Part shown: positions 1-8,860 of the stretch, one piece after another | How positions within the stretch are numbered: position 1 is the stretch's first letter | Layout: each line of letters starts with the position of its first letter | Assembly (NCBI GenBank): GCA_003105015.1 | Contig: PQAF01000037.1 | Span: 4,583 to 68,582 of the forward strand | DNA length: 64,000 bases | Reading direction: 5' to 3' | Source: Rhodocyclales bacterium | GTDB taxonomy: Bacteria; Pseudomonadota; Gammaproteobacteria; Burkholderiales; Rhodocyclaceae | Notes under the pieces: model-generated | What the model was told of the DNA's origin: nothing | What the model saw: only the letters and a program-made list of their open reading frames with translations | Database searches by the model: none | Position numbers and translations under genes: made by a program

Positions 1-1
1 C

Positions 2-823
2 TACTACCCGGACGCCACGGCGCCGGGCGGCAGCGGCCACAGCGAGAAATGGGTGCTCGACAACTTCGCCCACGACCCCTATGCGAAAAACGCCATGATC
101 GACACGGCCGAGAACGTCGCGGCGCGCTTCAAGGCAGGCGCCGCCGAGCAGGCCGAGGTCACGCTGGCCCGCTACGCCCAGTACCAGGCGGCGCTTGCCG
201 ACGACCGCGCCTTCCAGCGCCGCTACATGGTCGAGGCGCCGCTCAGCGATTCCGGCTTCCGCAAACAGGCCGGCGTGCTGGCGGCGGATGAGGGCATCTT
301 TCCGACCACTGCGGAGGGGCTGGCGAAGCTGAAGCCGGTCAAGCCGGGCGGCACGGTGAGCTTCGGCACGCAGACCCATCCGGCCGACGGCAACGCCGGC
401 GTGATCGTCACCACGCGCGACCGGGCACGCGAGCTTTCCGCCGACCCGGCCATCGAGGTCGAACTGCTCGGCTTCGGCCAGGCGCGGGTCGAGAAGGGTT
501 TCATGCCGATGGCGCCGGCGCCCGCCGCGCAGGTTGCGCTCAAGCAGGCCGGCCTCGGCATCAAGGACATCGACGCCGTGAAGACGCACAACCCCTTCGC
601 CGTGAACGACATCGCTTTCGCCCGCGAGACCGGCTTTCCGCTGGAGAAAATGAACAACTACGGCTGCTCGCTGATCTGGGGCCATCCGCAGGGCCCCACC
701 GGCCTGCGCTCGGTGATCGAACTGATCGAGGAACTGGCGCTGCGCGGCGGCGGCACCGGCCTGTTCGCCGGATGCGCTGCAGGCGATTCCGGCATGGCGG
801 TGGTGCTGCGCGTCACAGCCTAG
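2..823 (+). CDS. Thiolase family protein (acetyl-CoA C-acyltransferase), 5' end outside window
   Basis: Frame is open from base 2 (YYPDATAPGGSGHSEKWVLDNF...). Thiolase motifs MIDTAENVA, DEGI, SFGTQTHPADGNAG, GHPQGPTG; stop TAG 821-823. Confidence 0.85.
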   Translation, partial: YYPDATAPGGSGHSEKWVLDNFAHDPYAKNAMIDTAENVAARFKAGAAEQAEVTLARYAQYQAALADDRAFQRRYMVEAPLSDSGFRKQAGVLAADEGIFPTTAEGLAKLKPVKPGGTVSFGTQTHPADGNAGVIVTTRDRARELSADPAIEVELLGFGQARVEKGFMPMAPAPAAQVALKQAGLGIKDIDAVKTHNPFAVNDIAFARETGFPLEKMNNYGCSLIWGHPQGPTGLRSVIELIEELALRGGGTGLFAGCAAGDSGMAVVLRVTA

Positions 824-1752
824 AAGGGGTAGGGCCACTCGTCGCTGGCGTCGGTGAACAGGCCGGCGACGAGGCGGCGCAGCCACTTGTTCTTCGGGTC
901 GTGGTGGGCGTTGCGGTGCCAGTGCTGCCGAAGCTCGATGCGCGGGATCGGCAGGGGCGGCTCCATCACCTTGATGTTGGCGCCCGCCTGCGAGAAGAAC
1001 AGGCCGATGGCGTGCGGCAGGGTCACCACCAAGTCGGTCTTGCCGATGATGGTCGGGATGCTCATGAAGTGCGGCGTCAGCAGGACGATGCGCCGGGCGA
1101 TCTTCTTCCGTTCCAGGTACTTCTCGAAAATCTCCTGGCTACGCCCCTCGGCGCGCACCACGGCATGCCCCAGCGAGAGGAACTGCTCCAGCGTCAGCCT
1201 GCGGCCGCGGATCGGGTGGTCGGCGCGCAGCAGGCAGACGAAGCGGTGGGTGAACAGCCGCTGCTGGAAGAAGGCGCTCGACTTCAGGTCGGGAAAGTAG
1301 CCGACGGCGAGGTCGGCCTCGCCGCTCTCCAGCGCCTGTTCCAGCCGCGCCGGCGGCAGCGACACCGAGCGCACCACGGCGTGCGGCGCCTCCCGCTGCA
1401 GGCTTTCCAGGATCTTCGGCAGGAACACCATCTCGCCGACGTCGGACATGGCGATCGTGAACGTCGCCGACGCGGATGCCGGGTCGAAGCTCGCTTCCGA
1501 GAGCACGTCGTCGGCGATGCGCGCCAGCACCTCGCGCGCACCGGCGGCCAGCGCATGGGCGCGCGCGGTCGGCGACATGCCGCGCGCGGTGCGCACGAAG
1601 AGCGGCTCGCCGAAGGCCTTGCGCAGGCGCGCCAGCGCCGCGCTCATTGCCGGCTGGCTCATGCCGAGGGCCTGCGCCGCGCGGCCGACGCTGCCGGCGT
1701 CGTACAGCGCGACCACCACGCGCAGCAGGTTCAGATCGAAGTCTTTCATCAT
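820..1752 (-). CDS. LysR-family regulator, NahR/DntR/NodD-like subgroup
   Basis: N-terminal DLNLLRVVVALYDAGSVGRAAQALGMSQPAMSAALARLR helix-turn-helix; 310 aa; divergent from the aromatic uptake genes. Confidence 0.92.
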   Translation of the reverse strand: MMKDFDLNLLRVVVALYDAGSVGRAAQALGMSQPAMSAALARLRKAFGEPLFVRTARGMSPTARAHALAAGAREVLARIADDVLSEASFDPASASATFTIAMSDVGEMVFLPKILESLQREAPHAVVRSVSLPPARLEQALESGEADLAVGYFPDLKSSAFFQQRLFTHRFVCLLRADHPIRGRRLTLEQFLSLGHAVVRAEGRSQEIFEKYLERKKIARRIVLLTPHFMSIPTIIGKTDLVVTLPHAIGLFFSQAGANIKVMEPPLPIPRIELRQHWHRNAHHDPKNKWLRRLVAGLFTDASDEWPYPF

Positions 1753-1757
1753 GCAAT

Positions 1758-1772
1758 ATTACCAAAACTGAT
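1758..1772. promoter_or_regulatory. Putative LysR recognition box
   Basis: ATTA-N7-TGAT (T-N11-A core, 1759-1771) next to the LysR start, flanked by the inverted repeat GCAATA (1753-1758)/TATTGC (1779-1784). Position is typical for an autoregulated divergent LysR promoter. Confidence 0.5.
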
Positions 1773-1873
1773 AATGCGTATTGCCCCGGCGGTCTTGCTG
1801 ACGTTCGGATCGATCCCGTCTAATGCCCACACAACAAACGCGGCCAAGCCGCGAACAACGAGGAGGAGGAGAT

Positions 1874-3016
1874 ATGAGCAGAGGAGGAATCCTGGGCTGG
1901 CTCATGAGCGCATGCGCCCTTGCGCCGGCCGCATTCGCAGCACCGGCATCCGCCAGCCTGATGGTGGCCCAGATCGCCCCGATGAGCGGGCCCATCGGCG
2001 AGGAAGGCAAGGCCTACAATCTCGGCATCCGCATCGCCATCGACGCCCTCAATGCCCGCGGCGGCCTGCAAGGGCAGAAGATCGTCCTCAACACGCTGGA
2101 TGACGAGTACAAGCCCGACAAGACGGTGGAGCTGATCCGCAAGGAGGCGGCCAGCAAGACCCTGGCAATGCTGCTGCCGGTCGGTTCTCCCGCGATGTCG
2201 CGCGTCCTCAAGGACAAGGTGGTCGATTCGGTGCGCATGCCGATCATCGGCGTGATTCCCGGCGCGGAGCCCCTGCGCAATCCTCCCAATCCCTATGTGT
2301 TCCATGTGCGCGCCGGGGACCAGGACCAATATCGCCGCATCGTCGAGCACGGCCTGACCATCGGCATGAAACGGGTTGCCGTGGTGTATGCCGACATTCC
2401 CTTCGGCAAGGCCGGCCTGGCCGAGGTGGAGCGCCTGCTCAGGGCGGGAGGCAAGGAGGTGGCCGTGTCCGCCGCCTTCCCGATCGGCGCCAACATCGAT
2501 TTCTCGGCGGCGCTGGCCGCACTGCGGCAGGCCGTGCCCGACGTCATCGTCCTCATCAGCCCGGCGCAGCCGGCCGGCCAGTTCGTGAAGCAGTATCGCG
2601 CGACCGGCATGGCCTCGCCCGTCATGACCTTGTCGTATGGCACGGCGGAAGCGATCTGCCGCATCGCCGGCAACGAGATGGCGCGCGGTGTCGGCATCGC
2701 CCAGGTGTTCCCCAATGCGGCAAGCCCGACGGTTCCCGTGTCGAGGCGCTTCCAGGAGGATTTTCAGCGCTTCGGCGGCGCAGGGGCTTTGCCGACGCAA
2801 AGCCATTTCGAGGGTTACGTCACGACCCAGGTGCTGATCGAGGGGCTGCGCCGTTCGGGGGCGGCGCCGACGCGCGAAAAACTGATCCAGGCGCTCGAGT
2901 CGATGCGGGAAGCGGACATCGGCGGCTTCATGGTGGATTTCTCCGCCACGCGCCGCACCGGATCGCGTTTCGTCGATATCGGCATCATCAGCAACAACTG
3001 CAAGCTGGTTTTCTGA
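1874..3016 (+). CDS. Periplasmic binding protein, branched-chain amino acid (LivJ-like) fold, no adjacent ABC permease
   Basis: Signal peptide then AQIAPMSGPIGEEG...GIRIAIDALNARGGLQGQKI...DDEYKPD; ATG 1874 follows a GGAGGAG ribosome-binding site. Confidence 0.85.
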   Translation: MSRGGILGWLMSACALAPAAFAAPASASLMVAQIAPMSGPIGEEGKAYNLGIRIAIDALNARGGLQGQKIVLNTLDDEYKPDKTVELIRKEAASKTLAMLLPVGSPAMSRVLKDKVVDSVRMPIIGVIPGAEPLRNPPNPYVFHVRAGDQDQYRRIVEHGLTIGMKRVAVVYADIPFGKAGLAEVERLLRAGGKEVAVSAAFPIGANIDFSAALAALRQAVPDVIVLISPAQPAGQFVKQYRATGMASPVMTLSYGTAEAICRIAGNEMARGVGIAQVFPNAASPTVPVSRRFQEDFQRFGGAGALPTQSHFEGYVTTQVLIEGLRRSGAAPTREKLIQALESMREADIGGFMVDFSATRRTGSRFVDIGIISNNCKLVF

Positions 3017-3073
3017 GACTTGGCGGTCCTGGGAAAAACAACCTCAACTCACCCTGAAGTGGGATCAACGAAT

Positions 3074-4516
3074 ATGAATGCTGCTGACCTGCTGCTCCGG
3101 GGAAATGCCGGATCGGTCGCAATCCTCGATGCCGACGGGCAGCTGACCTATGCCGAACTGCGCGGCCGTGTCGAGCGGGCTGCCGCGGCGTGGGCGGCGC
3201 GGGGCCTGCGCCCGGGCGAGCGCTGCGTGCTCGGCCTGGCCGACGGCGCCGACTGGGTCGTCGCCTTCCTCGGGCTTGTCTGGATGGGCGGCATTCCCAT
3301 CGCCGTCAGCCCGCGCACCGAGGTGGCCCTGATCCGCGACCTCATCGCCGATTCCGGCGCCGTTGCCCTGCTGCTCGAGGACGAGACGGCGCTGGCCGTC
3401 GCCGACGACCGGGCGATGGGCCGCGGCGCCTGGCGGCGCCTGCTCGAGGAGACGGCCGGGACGGCACCGCTGCACCAGGCGCAGGAGGACGATCCGGCTT
3501 TCTGGCTGTATTCCTCCGGCACCACCGGCAAGCCGAAGGGCATCATCCACGCGCACCGTGCCGCAGCCCGTGCCGACGTTTTCGCCCGCGAGATTCTCGG
3601 CGCCACGCCGCAGGACCGCTTCTACTCGACCTCCAAGCTGTTCTTCGCCTATCCGCTGGCCAACGCGCTGTTCGCCGGCCTGCGCCTCGGCGCCAGCGTG
3701 GTGCTGGACGCCGAGTGGCCCAACCCCGAACGCGTCGCGCAGCTCGTTGCCCGCCACCGCCCGACGCTGTTCTTCAGCGTGCCGACGCTGTACCGGCGCC
3801 TGGTCGAGGCGAAGGTGTCCTTTGCCGGCGTGCGCCGCGCCGTCTCCGCCGGCGAGGCCTGCCCGCCCGATGTTGCCGCGGCCTGGCGCGAACTGACCTG
3901 CATACCATTGGTGAACGGCTACGGCACGACGGAGACCCTGTCGCTGGTGCTCTACCGCACGGCGGAGATGGCGGGCGCGCAGCCGACGCCGCTGACGCAG
4001 CTGCGGGTCGACACCGAGGAGGCCGGCGGGCGCGACGGCACCGTGCGCCTGTGGTTTTCCCATCCCGCCGTGGCGCTCGGCTATTCCCGCGTGGTGACGC
4101 ACGACAGCGCGCGCTTCGGCGGAAACGGCTTTTCGCCCGGCGACCTGTTCCGGCCGGCCGGGGCGGATGGCGGCGACGGCTGGAGCTTCGCCGGACGCTC
4201 CGACCAGCTGCTCAAGGTGTTCGGCCGCTGGGTGGACACCATCGCCCTGGAGCAGACGCTGGCGAACCGCCTGCAGGGCGCGGCGCGCGAATCCTGCGTG
4301 GTGCCGCGCGGCAGCGAGAGCGAGGATACGATTACCCTGCACCTGTTCGTGGTACCGGGCGAGACGGGCGAGTCCGCGGCGCGGGCCGCGGCCGCGGCCG
4401 CCATCGCCGACCTGCCGGCCTACCAGCGCCCGGCCGAAATCCATGTCATCGCCGAGCTGCCGCGCACCGAGACCGGCAAGCTGCGGCGCGGGGCGCTGAA
4501 GGCGCTCGGAACTTGA
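3074..4516 (+). CDS. Aryl-CoA ligase, benzoate-CoA ligase-like AMP-binding enzyme
   Basis: FWLYSSGTTGKPKG, KLFFAY, GYGTTE, GD, GRSD and LPRTETGKLRR adenylate-forming motifs. Start placed at ATG 3074 (ORF track starts at 3020). Confidence 0.85.
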   Translation: MNAADLLLRGNAGSVAILDADGQLTYAELRGRVERAAAAWAARGLRPGERCVLGLADGADWVVAFLGLVWMGGIPIAVSPRTEVALIRDLIADSGAVALLLEDETALAVADDRAMGRGAWRRLLEETAGTAPLHQAQEDDPAFWLYSSGTTGKPKGIIHAHRAAARADVFAREILGATPQDRFYSTSKLFFAYPLANALFAGLRLGASVVLDAEWPNPERVAQLVARHRPTLFFSVPTLYRRLVEAKVSFAGVRRAVSAGEACPPDVAAAWRELTCIPLVNGYGTTETLSLVLYRTAEMAGAQPTPLTQLRVDTEEAGGRDGTVRLWFSHPAVALGYSRVVTHDSARFGGNGFSPGDLFRPAGADGGDGWSFAGRSDQLLKVFGRWVDTIALEQTLANRLQGAARESCVVPRGSESEDTITLHLFVVPGETGESAARAAAAAAIADLPAYQRPAEIHVIAELPRTETGKLRRGALKALGT

Positions 4517-4581
4517 GCGGAATTGTTGCAAGTCCAACAAAATCCGCGTAGCTTTCCACAGGAGAAAAAGGGAGCGTCGTT

Positions 4582-4992
4582 TTGAAGAACACCCTGGCCA
4601 TCCGCATCGAGTGGGGAGACTGCGATCCGGCCGCCATTACTTTCTACCCGAATTATTTCCGCTGGTTCGATCAGGGCACGTGGCGCCTGTTCGAGGCGGC
4701 CGGCTTCTATCCGGGCGACCTGGTCCGCGACCGCGGCGTCTATCTCCCGCTGGTCGATGCCGGCGCGAAATTCCGGCGTCCCGGCCACATGGGCGACGAC
4801 CTGGTCCAGGAAAGCTGGGTCGCGGAGTGGCGCGAGAAGATGTTCCTGGTGAAGCACGTGGTGCGCTGCGGCGACGAGGTGCTGCTGGAAGGTTCCGAAT
4901 TGCGCGCCTGGGTGGTGAAGCACCCGGACGATCCGCGCCGCTTCCAGCCGCAGCCGATACCGCCTGAAGTGCGGGCTGCGCTGGGCGAATAA
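4582..4992 (+). CDS. Acyl-CoA thioesterase, 4-hydroxybenzoyl-CoA thioesterase (hot-dog) family
   Basis: IRIEWGDCDPAAITFYPNYFRWFD signature; TTG start after GGAG. Confidence 0.88.
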   Translation: MKNTLAIRIEWGDCDPAAITFYPNYFRWFDQGTWRLFEAAGFYPGDLVRDRGVYLPLVDAGAKFRRPGHMGDDLVQESWVAEWREKMFLVKHVVRCGDEVLLEGSELRAWVVKHPDDPRRFQPQPIPPEVRAALGE

Positions 4993-5020
4993 GAAAAAAC
5001 GCAGACAAGGAGGAGAAATA

Positions 5021-5551
5021 GTGCAGGAAGCGTCTTCGAGCGCGACGCCGGGCGGCGGCTTCGGCCCCTTCGGCCGTGCGCTGCTGGCGGTGTCGAAATG
5101 GACGGCCATCGCCGGCGGCGGGGTGTTCGCCTTGCTGGTCGCGATGTCGGTTGTCTCCATCGTCGGACGGAAAGTCGCCAGCGCGCCGGTACCCGGCGAC
5201 GTCGAGTTGCTGCAGCTGTGCGCGGCCTTCGCCTCGGCCACCTTCTTCGCCTACACCCATCTCGTGCACGGCGACGTCAAGGTGGATTTCTTCACCACGC
5301 GCCTGTCGCCCGCCAAGCGCGCCTTCCTCGACGCCATGGGTTCGCTGCTGGTCGGCCTGTTCGGCGCCCTGATCGCCTGGCGCGCCTGGGCCGGCGCCAT
5401 GACGGTGAAGGAGGCGGGAGAAACCTCGGCGATCCTCGAATTGCCGGTATGGGTCGCCCAGCTGCTGATGGTGCCCAGTTTCGCGCTGCTGGCGCTGGCC
5501 GGCTTCTACATGTGCGCCCACACCTGGGCACAGCGCGGGGGGAGGCCGTGA
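5021..5551 (+). CDS. dctQ: TRAP transporter small permease
   Basis: Four hydrophobic segments, HLVHGDVKVDFF motif, directly upstream of a dctM gene. Confidence 0.88.
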   Translation: MQEASSSATPGGGFGPFGRALLAVSKWTAIAGGGVFALLVAMSVVSIVGRKVASAPVPGDVELLQLCAAFASATFFAYTHLVHGDVKVDFFTTRLSPAKRAFLDAMGSLLVGLFGALIAWRAWAGAMTVKEAGETSAILELPVWVAQLLMVPSFALLALAGFYMCAHTWAQRGGRP

Positions 5552-5613
5552 TCGCCCGGCGCCGGGCCGCCCCAAGCCGGGCGAGTGCTATCCCTGCGAG
5601 CAAGGCGAGCGGG

Positions 5614-5651
5614 CGTCACCCCCTTCCTCGGGAAGGGGGACGGGGGGAGGG
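5614..5651. repeat. REP-like palindromic element (copy 1)
   Basis: CGTCACCCCCTTCCTCGGGAAGGGGGACGGGGGGAGGG in the dctQ-dctM gap; its reverse complement nearly matches 52847-52885. Confidence 0.7.
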
Positions 5652-5657
5652 CGCATC

Positions 5658-6989
5658 GTGAGCGGCACCTCGGTCGGCTTCATCATCTTCGGCATCCTGC
5701 TCATGCTGCTGGTGCTGCGCGTGCCGATCGGCATCGCCATGTTCATGTGCGGCGCCGGCGGCTATCTCTACCTGCTGGGTGGCGAGACGCTGCCGCTGCT
5801 CAATTCGCTGAAGAACCTCGCCTACGCCAGGCTTTCGAACTACGACCTGGTGGTGATCCCGCTGTTCCTGCTGATGGGGCAGTTCGCCACCCACGGCGGC
5901 CTCTCCAAGCTGCTGTTCCACTTCGTCAGCGCCTTCCTCGGCCACCGCAAGGGCGGCATCGCCATGGCCTCGATCGGCGCCTGCGCCGGCTTCGGCGCCA
6001 TCTGCGGCTCCTCGCTGGCGACCGCCGCCACCATGGGCCAGGTGGCGCTGCCGGAGCTGCGCCGCTTCGGCTATTCCGGCTCGCTTGCCACCGGCGCGCT
6101 GGCGGCCGGCGGCACGCTCGGCATCATGATCCCGCCCTCGGTGCCGCTGGTGATCTACGCCATCCTGACGCAGGAGTCCATCGGCAAGCTGTTCATGGCG
6201 GCGGTGGTTCCCGGCATCCTCGCCATGCTCGGCTACATGATCGTGGTGCAGATCGTCGTACACCTGAATCCCTCCGCCGGCCCGGCCGGTCCGCGCGTGC
6301 CCTGGCCGGAGCGCCTGAAGAGCCTGTTCGCCGTGCTGCCGGTGCTGCTGGTGTTCGTGGTGGTGATCGTCGGCATCTACGGCGGCTGGGCCAACCCGAC
6401 CGAGGCGGCCTCGATCGGCGCGGCGGCCTGTGGCGTACTGGCGCTTTTTTCCGGCAATTTCGGCCTGGTCCAGCTCAAGCACAGCCTGCTCGGCACGGCG
6501 CAGGCCACCGCCATGATCTTCCTGGTGCTGCTCGGCGCCGACATGCTCAACACGGCGCTGGCCCTGTCGCAGATGCCGGGCGAACTGGCCGAGTGGGTCA
6601 AGGGCAGCGGCTTCCCGCCGCTGCTGGTGATGGCCATGATCCTGCTCATCTACATCCTGCTCGGCTGCGTCATGGACGCGCTGGCGATGATCCTGCTCAC
6701 CATCCCGATCTTCTACCCGATGGTGATGGGGCTGGATTTCTGGGGCATGTCGCAGACCGACAAGTCGATCTGGTTCGGCATCCTCGCCCTGATGGTGGTG
6801 GAGATCGGCCTGGTGCATCCGCCGGTCGGCATGAACGTCTACATCATCAACCGCCTGGCCGGCAACGTGCCGCTGGTCGAGACGTTCAAGGGCGTGATTC
6901 CCTTCCTTGCCTCGGACCTGATCCGCATCGTCCTGCTGGTGTTTTTCCCGATGATTTCGTTGTACCTTGTGCATGCATTCGGCGGCTGA
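5658..6989 (+). CDS. dctM: TRAP transporter large permease
   Basis: VIPLFLLMG, GSSLATAATMG, GGTLGIMIPPS, TPTEA-like NPTEAA and HPPVGMN motifs; about 12 TM segments. Confidence 0.93.
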   Translation: MSGTSVGFIIFGILLMLLVLRVPIGIAMFMCGAGGYLYLLGGETLPLLNSLKNLAYARLSNYDLVVIPLFLLMGQFATHGGLSKLLFHFVSAFLGHRKGGIAMASIGACAGFGAICGSSLATAATMGQVALPELRRFGYSGSLATGALAAGGTLGIMIPPSVPLVIYAILTQESIGKLFMAAVVPGILAMLGYMIVVQIVVHLNPSAGPAGPRVPWPERLKSLFAVLPVLLVFVVVIVGIYGGWANPTEAASIGAAACGVLALFSGNFGLVQLKHSLLGTAQATAMIFLVLLGADMLNTALALSQMPGELAEWVKGSGFPPLLVMAMILLIYILLGCVMDALAMILLTIPIFYPMVMGLDFWGMSQTDKSIWFGILALMVVEIGLVHPPVGMNVYIINRLAGNVPLVETFKGVIPFLASDLIRIVLLVFFPMISLYLVHAFGG

Positions 6990-7016
6990 CCGCCGAACAA
7001 CAACTATGGAGGAGAC

Positions 7017-8060
7017 ATGAACATGCAATTCCGCAAATCGCTCGCCCCGCTCGCCGTATCGCTGGGACTGACTTTCGCGGCCGGCCAGGCTGCGGCGCAG
7101 GAGGTCACCCTCAAGGTGCACCACTTCCTCGGCCCGCAGGCGACCTCGCAGCGGCTGCTGCTCGGCCCCTGGTGCGAGAAGATCGCCAAGGAGTCGAACA
7201 ACCGCATGAAGTGCCAGATCTACCCGGCCATGCAGCTCGGCGGCACGCCGCCGCAGCTGTTCGACCAGGCCAAGGACGGCGTCGCCGACATCATCTGGAC
7301 GGTGCCGACCTACCAGGCCGGCCGCTTCCTCAAGTCGGAAGTGTTCGAGCTGCCCTTCATGACCAAGACCGCCAAGGGCGGCAGCCGCGCCTTCTGGGAA
7401 TACGTGCAGAAATACTCGCTGGACGAGTTCAAGGGCACCAAGCTGATCCTCGCCCATGTGCATGACGGCGCCGAACTGCACTTCGCCAAGAAGAACGTGG
7501 CGACGCTGTAGGATCTCAAGGGCCTGAAGGTGCGCGCGCCGACCCGCATCTGCACGCGCACCTTGACGGCGCTGGGCGCCACGCCGGTGCAGATGCCGGT
7601 GCCGCAGGTGCCGGAATCGCTGGCCAAGGGGGTCGTGGACGGCGCTTCCCTGCCGTGGGAGGTGGTGCCGGCGCTGAAGGTGCAGGAGGTGACGAAGTTC
7701 CATACCGAGACCGGCCCCGGCAAGCGCAAGATGTCGAACACCATCTTCGTGGTGGCGATGAACGAGGCGAAGTACAACAGCCTGCCGGCCGACCTGAAGA
7801 AGGTGATCGATGCCAACAGCGGCGCCGAGGCATCGGCCTGGGCCGGCGAGGTGTGGGACGGCACCATCGCCCCCGGCCGCAAGACGGCCACCGACCGCAG
7901 CAACACCGTCACCGTGCTCTCCGACGCCGAGTATCAGCGCTGGGAGAAGGCCACGGCGAGCGTGGACGACGAGTGGGTCAAGGACGTCTCCGCCAAGGGC
8001 GCCGACGGCAAGAAGCTGCTGGAAGCGGCGCGCGCCCTGCTCAACCAGTACGACAAGTAA
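7017..8060 (+). pseudogene. dctP: TRAP substrate-binding protein interrupted by an in-frame TAG (7509-7511)
   Basis: ORFs 7017-7511 and 7530-8060 are the same frame: KKNVATL*DLKGLKVRAPTR, where the family normally reads TLEDLKGLKVR. Signal peptide and YPAMQLGG motif present. Confidence 0.8.
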
Positions 8061-8075
8061 GAAGCTGTTTCAGGG

Positions 8076-8108
8076 AACGGCCGGCGGAAACCTCCGCCGG
8101 CCGTTTTT
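8076..8108. terminator. Intrinsic terminator between convergent genes
   Basis: AACGGCCGGCGGA-AACC-TCCGCCGGCCGTT 13-bp stem followed by a T run on the + strand. Confidence 0.8.
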
Positions 8109-8860
8109 CATTTGGATCTGCCGACGCGCAGGTGCAGCGGCCAGCGCAGCGCCTTGACCAGGGCGGCATCCGGCCACAGCGGCGTCAGGCGGCGGGCGAA
8201 TTCGTCGAGCGGGTCGATGCCGTTCGCCTTCATGTAAGCCTGCGTGGCCGACCAGGTGCCGAGGTAGCCGAGCAGGTCGTCGCGCGTCCATTCCGTGCGG
8301 ATCTCGAAGGCGGGCGGCGCGATCGGCTCGAAGGGGAAGGGCAGCGAGCGGTAGCGGTCGTCGACCATCCTGCGCTCCGGCGGCCAGTAGGGGCCGACCA
8401 CGTTCCGGTAGAAATCCGTCAGCAGTTCGTCGATGCCGGCCTCGACGTCGAGCAGGGTGTAGGTCCAGGCGGCGATGACGCCGCCGGGCTTCAGCACGCG
8501 CCTCGCCTCGGCATAGAACTTTTCCAAGTCGAACCAGTGGATGGCCTGGGCCACCGTGACCAGGTCGATGCTCGCCGTATCCAGGAGACTGACTTCCGCC
8601 GAGGCGACACGGTATTCGACGCGGGGATGCGCCTCGGCATGCTCGAGCTGCTTGCGGCTGGGATCGGTGGCGATGACATGCTCGAAATGCGCGGCCAGCC
8701 CGACCGCGGCCTGCCCGCTGCCGGTGCCGCAATCCCAGGCGGCGCCGCGAGAGGGCGAGATGCCGGCCAGCCAGGCGAACAGTTCGCCCGGGTAGTTCGG
8801 CCGGAAGCGCGCGTAATCGGGCGCCTGCCGGGAGAAGTGGTCCTTGAATGTGCCGCTCAT
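8108..8860 (-). CDS. Class I SAM-dependent methyltransferase
   Basis: MSGTFKDHFSRQAPDYARFRPNYP...AWDCGTGSGQAA...VTVAQAIHWFD; its ATG overlaps the kinase TGA (TGATG). Confidence 0.9.
   Translation of the reverse strand: MSGTFKDHFSRQAPDYARFRPNYPGELFAWLAGISPSRGAAWDCGTGSGQAAVGLAAHFEHVIATDPSRKQLEHAEAHPRVEYRVASAEVSLLDTASIDLVTVAQAIHWFDLEKFYAEARRVLKPGGVIAAWTYTLLDVEAGIDELLTDFYRNVVGPYWPPERRMVDDRYRSLPFPFEPIAPPAFEIRTEWTRDDLLGYLGTWSATQAYMKANGIDPLDEFARRLTPLWPDAALVKALRWPLHLRVGRSK

Noticed and set aside
7509-7511. Pyrrolysine or other amber recoding in dctP
   Set aside because: No pyl genes seen, the position is a surface Glu in the family, and all other TAG codons in the window behave as stops.
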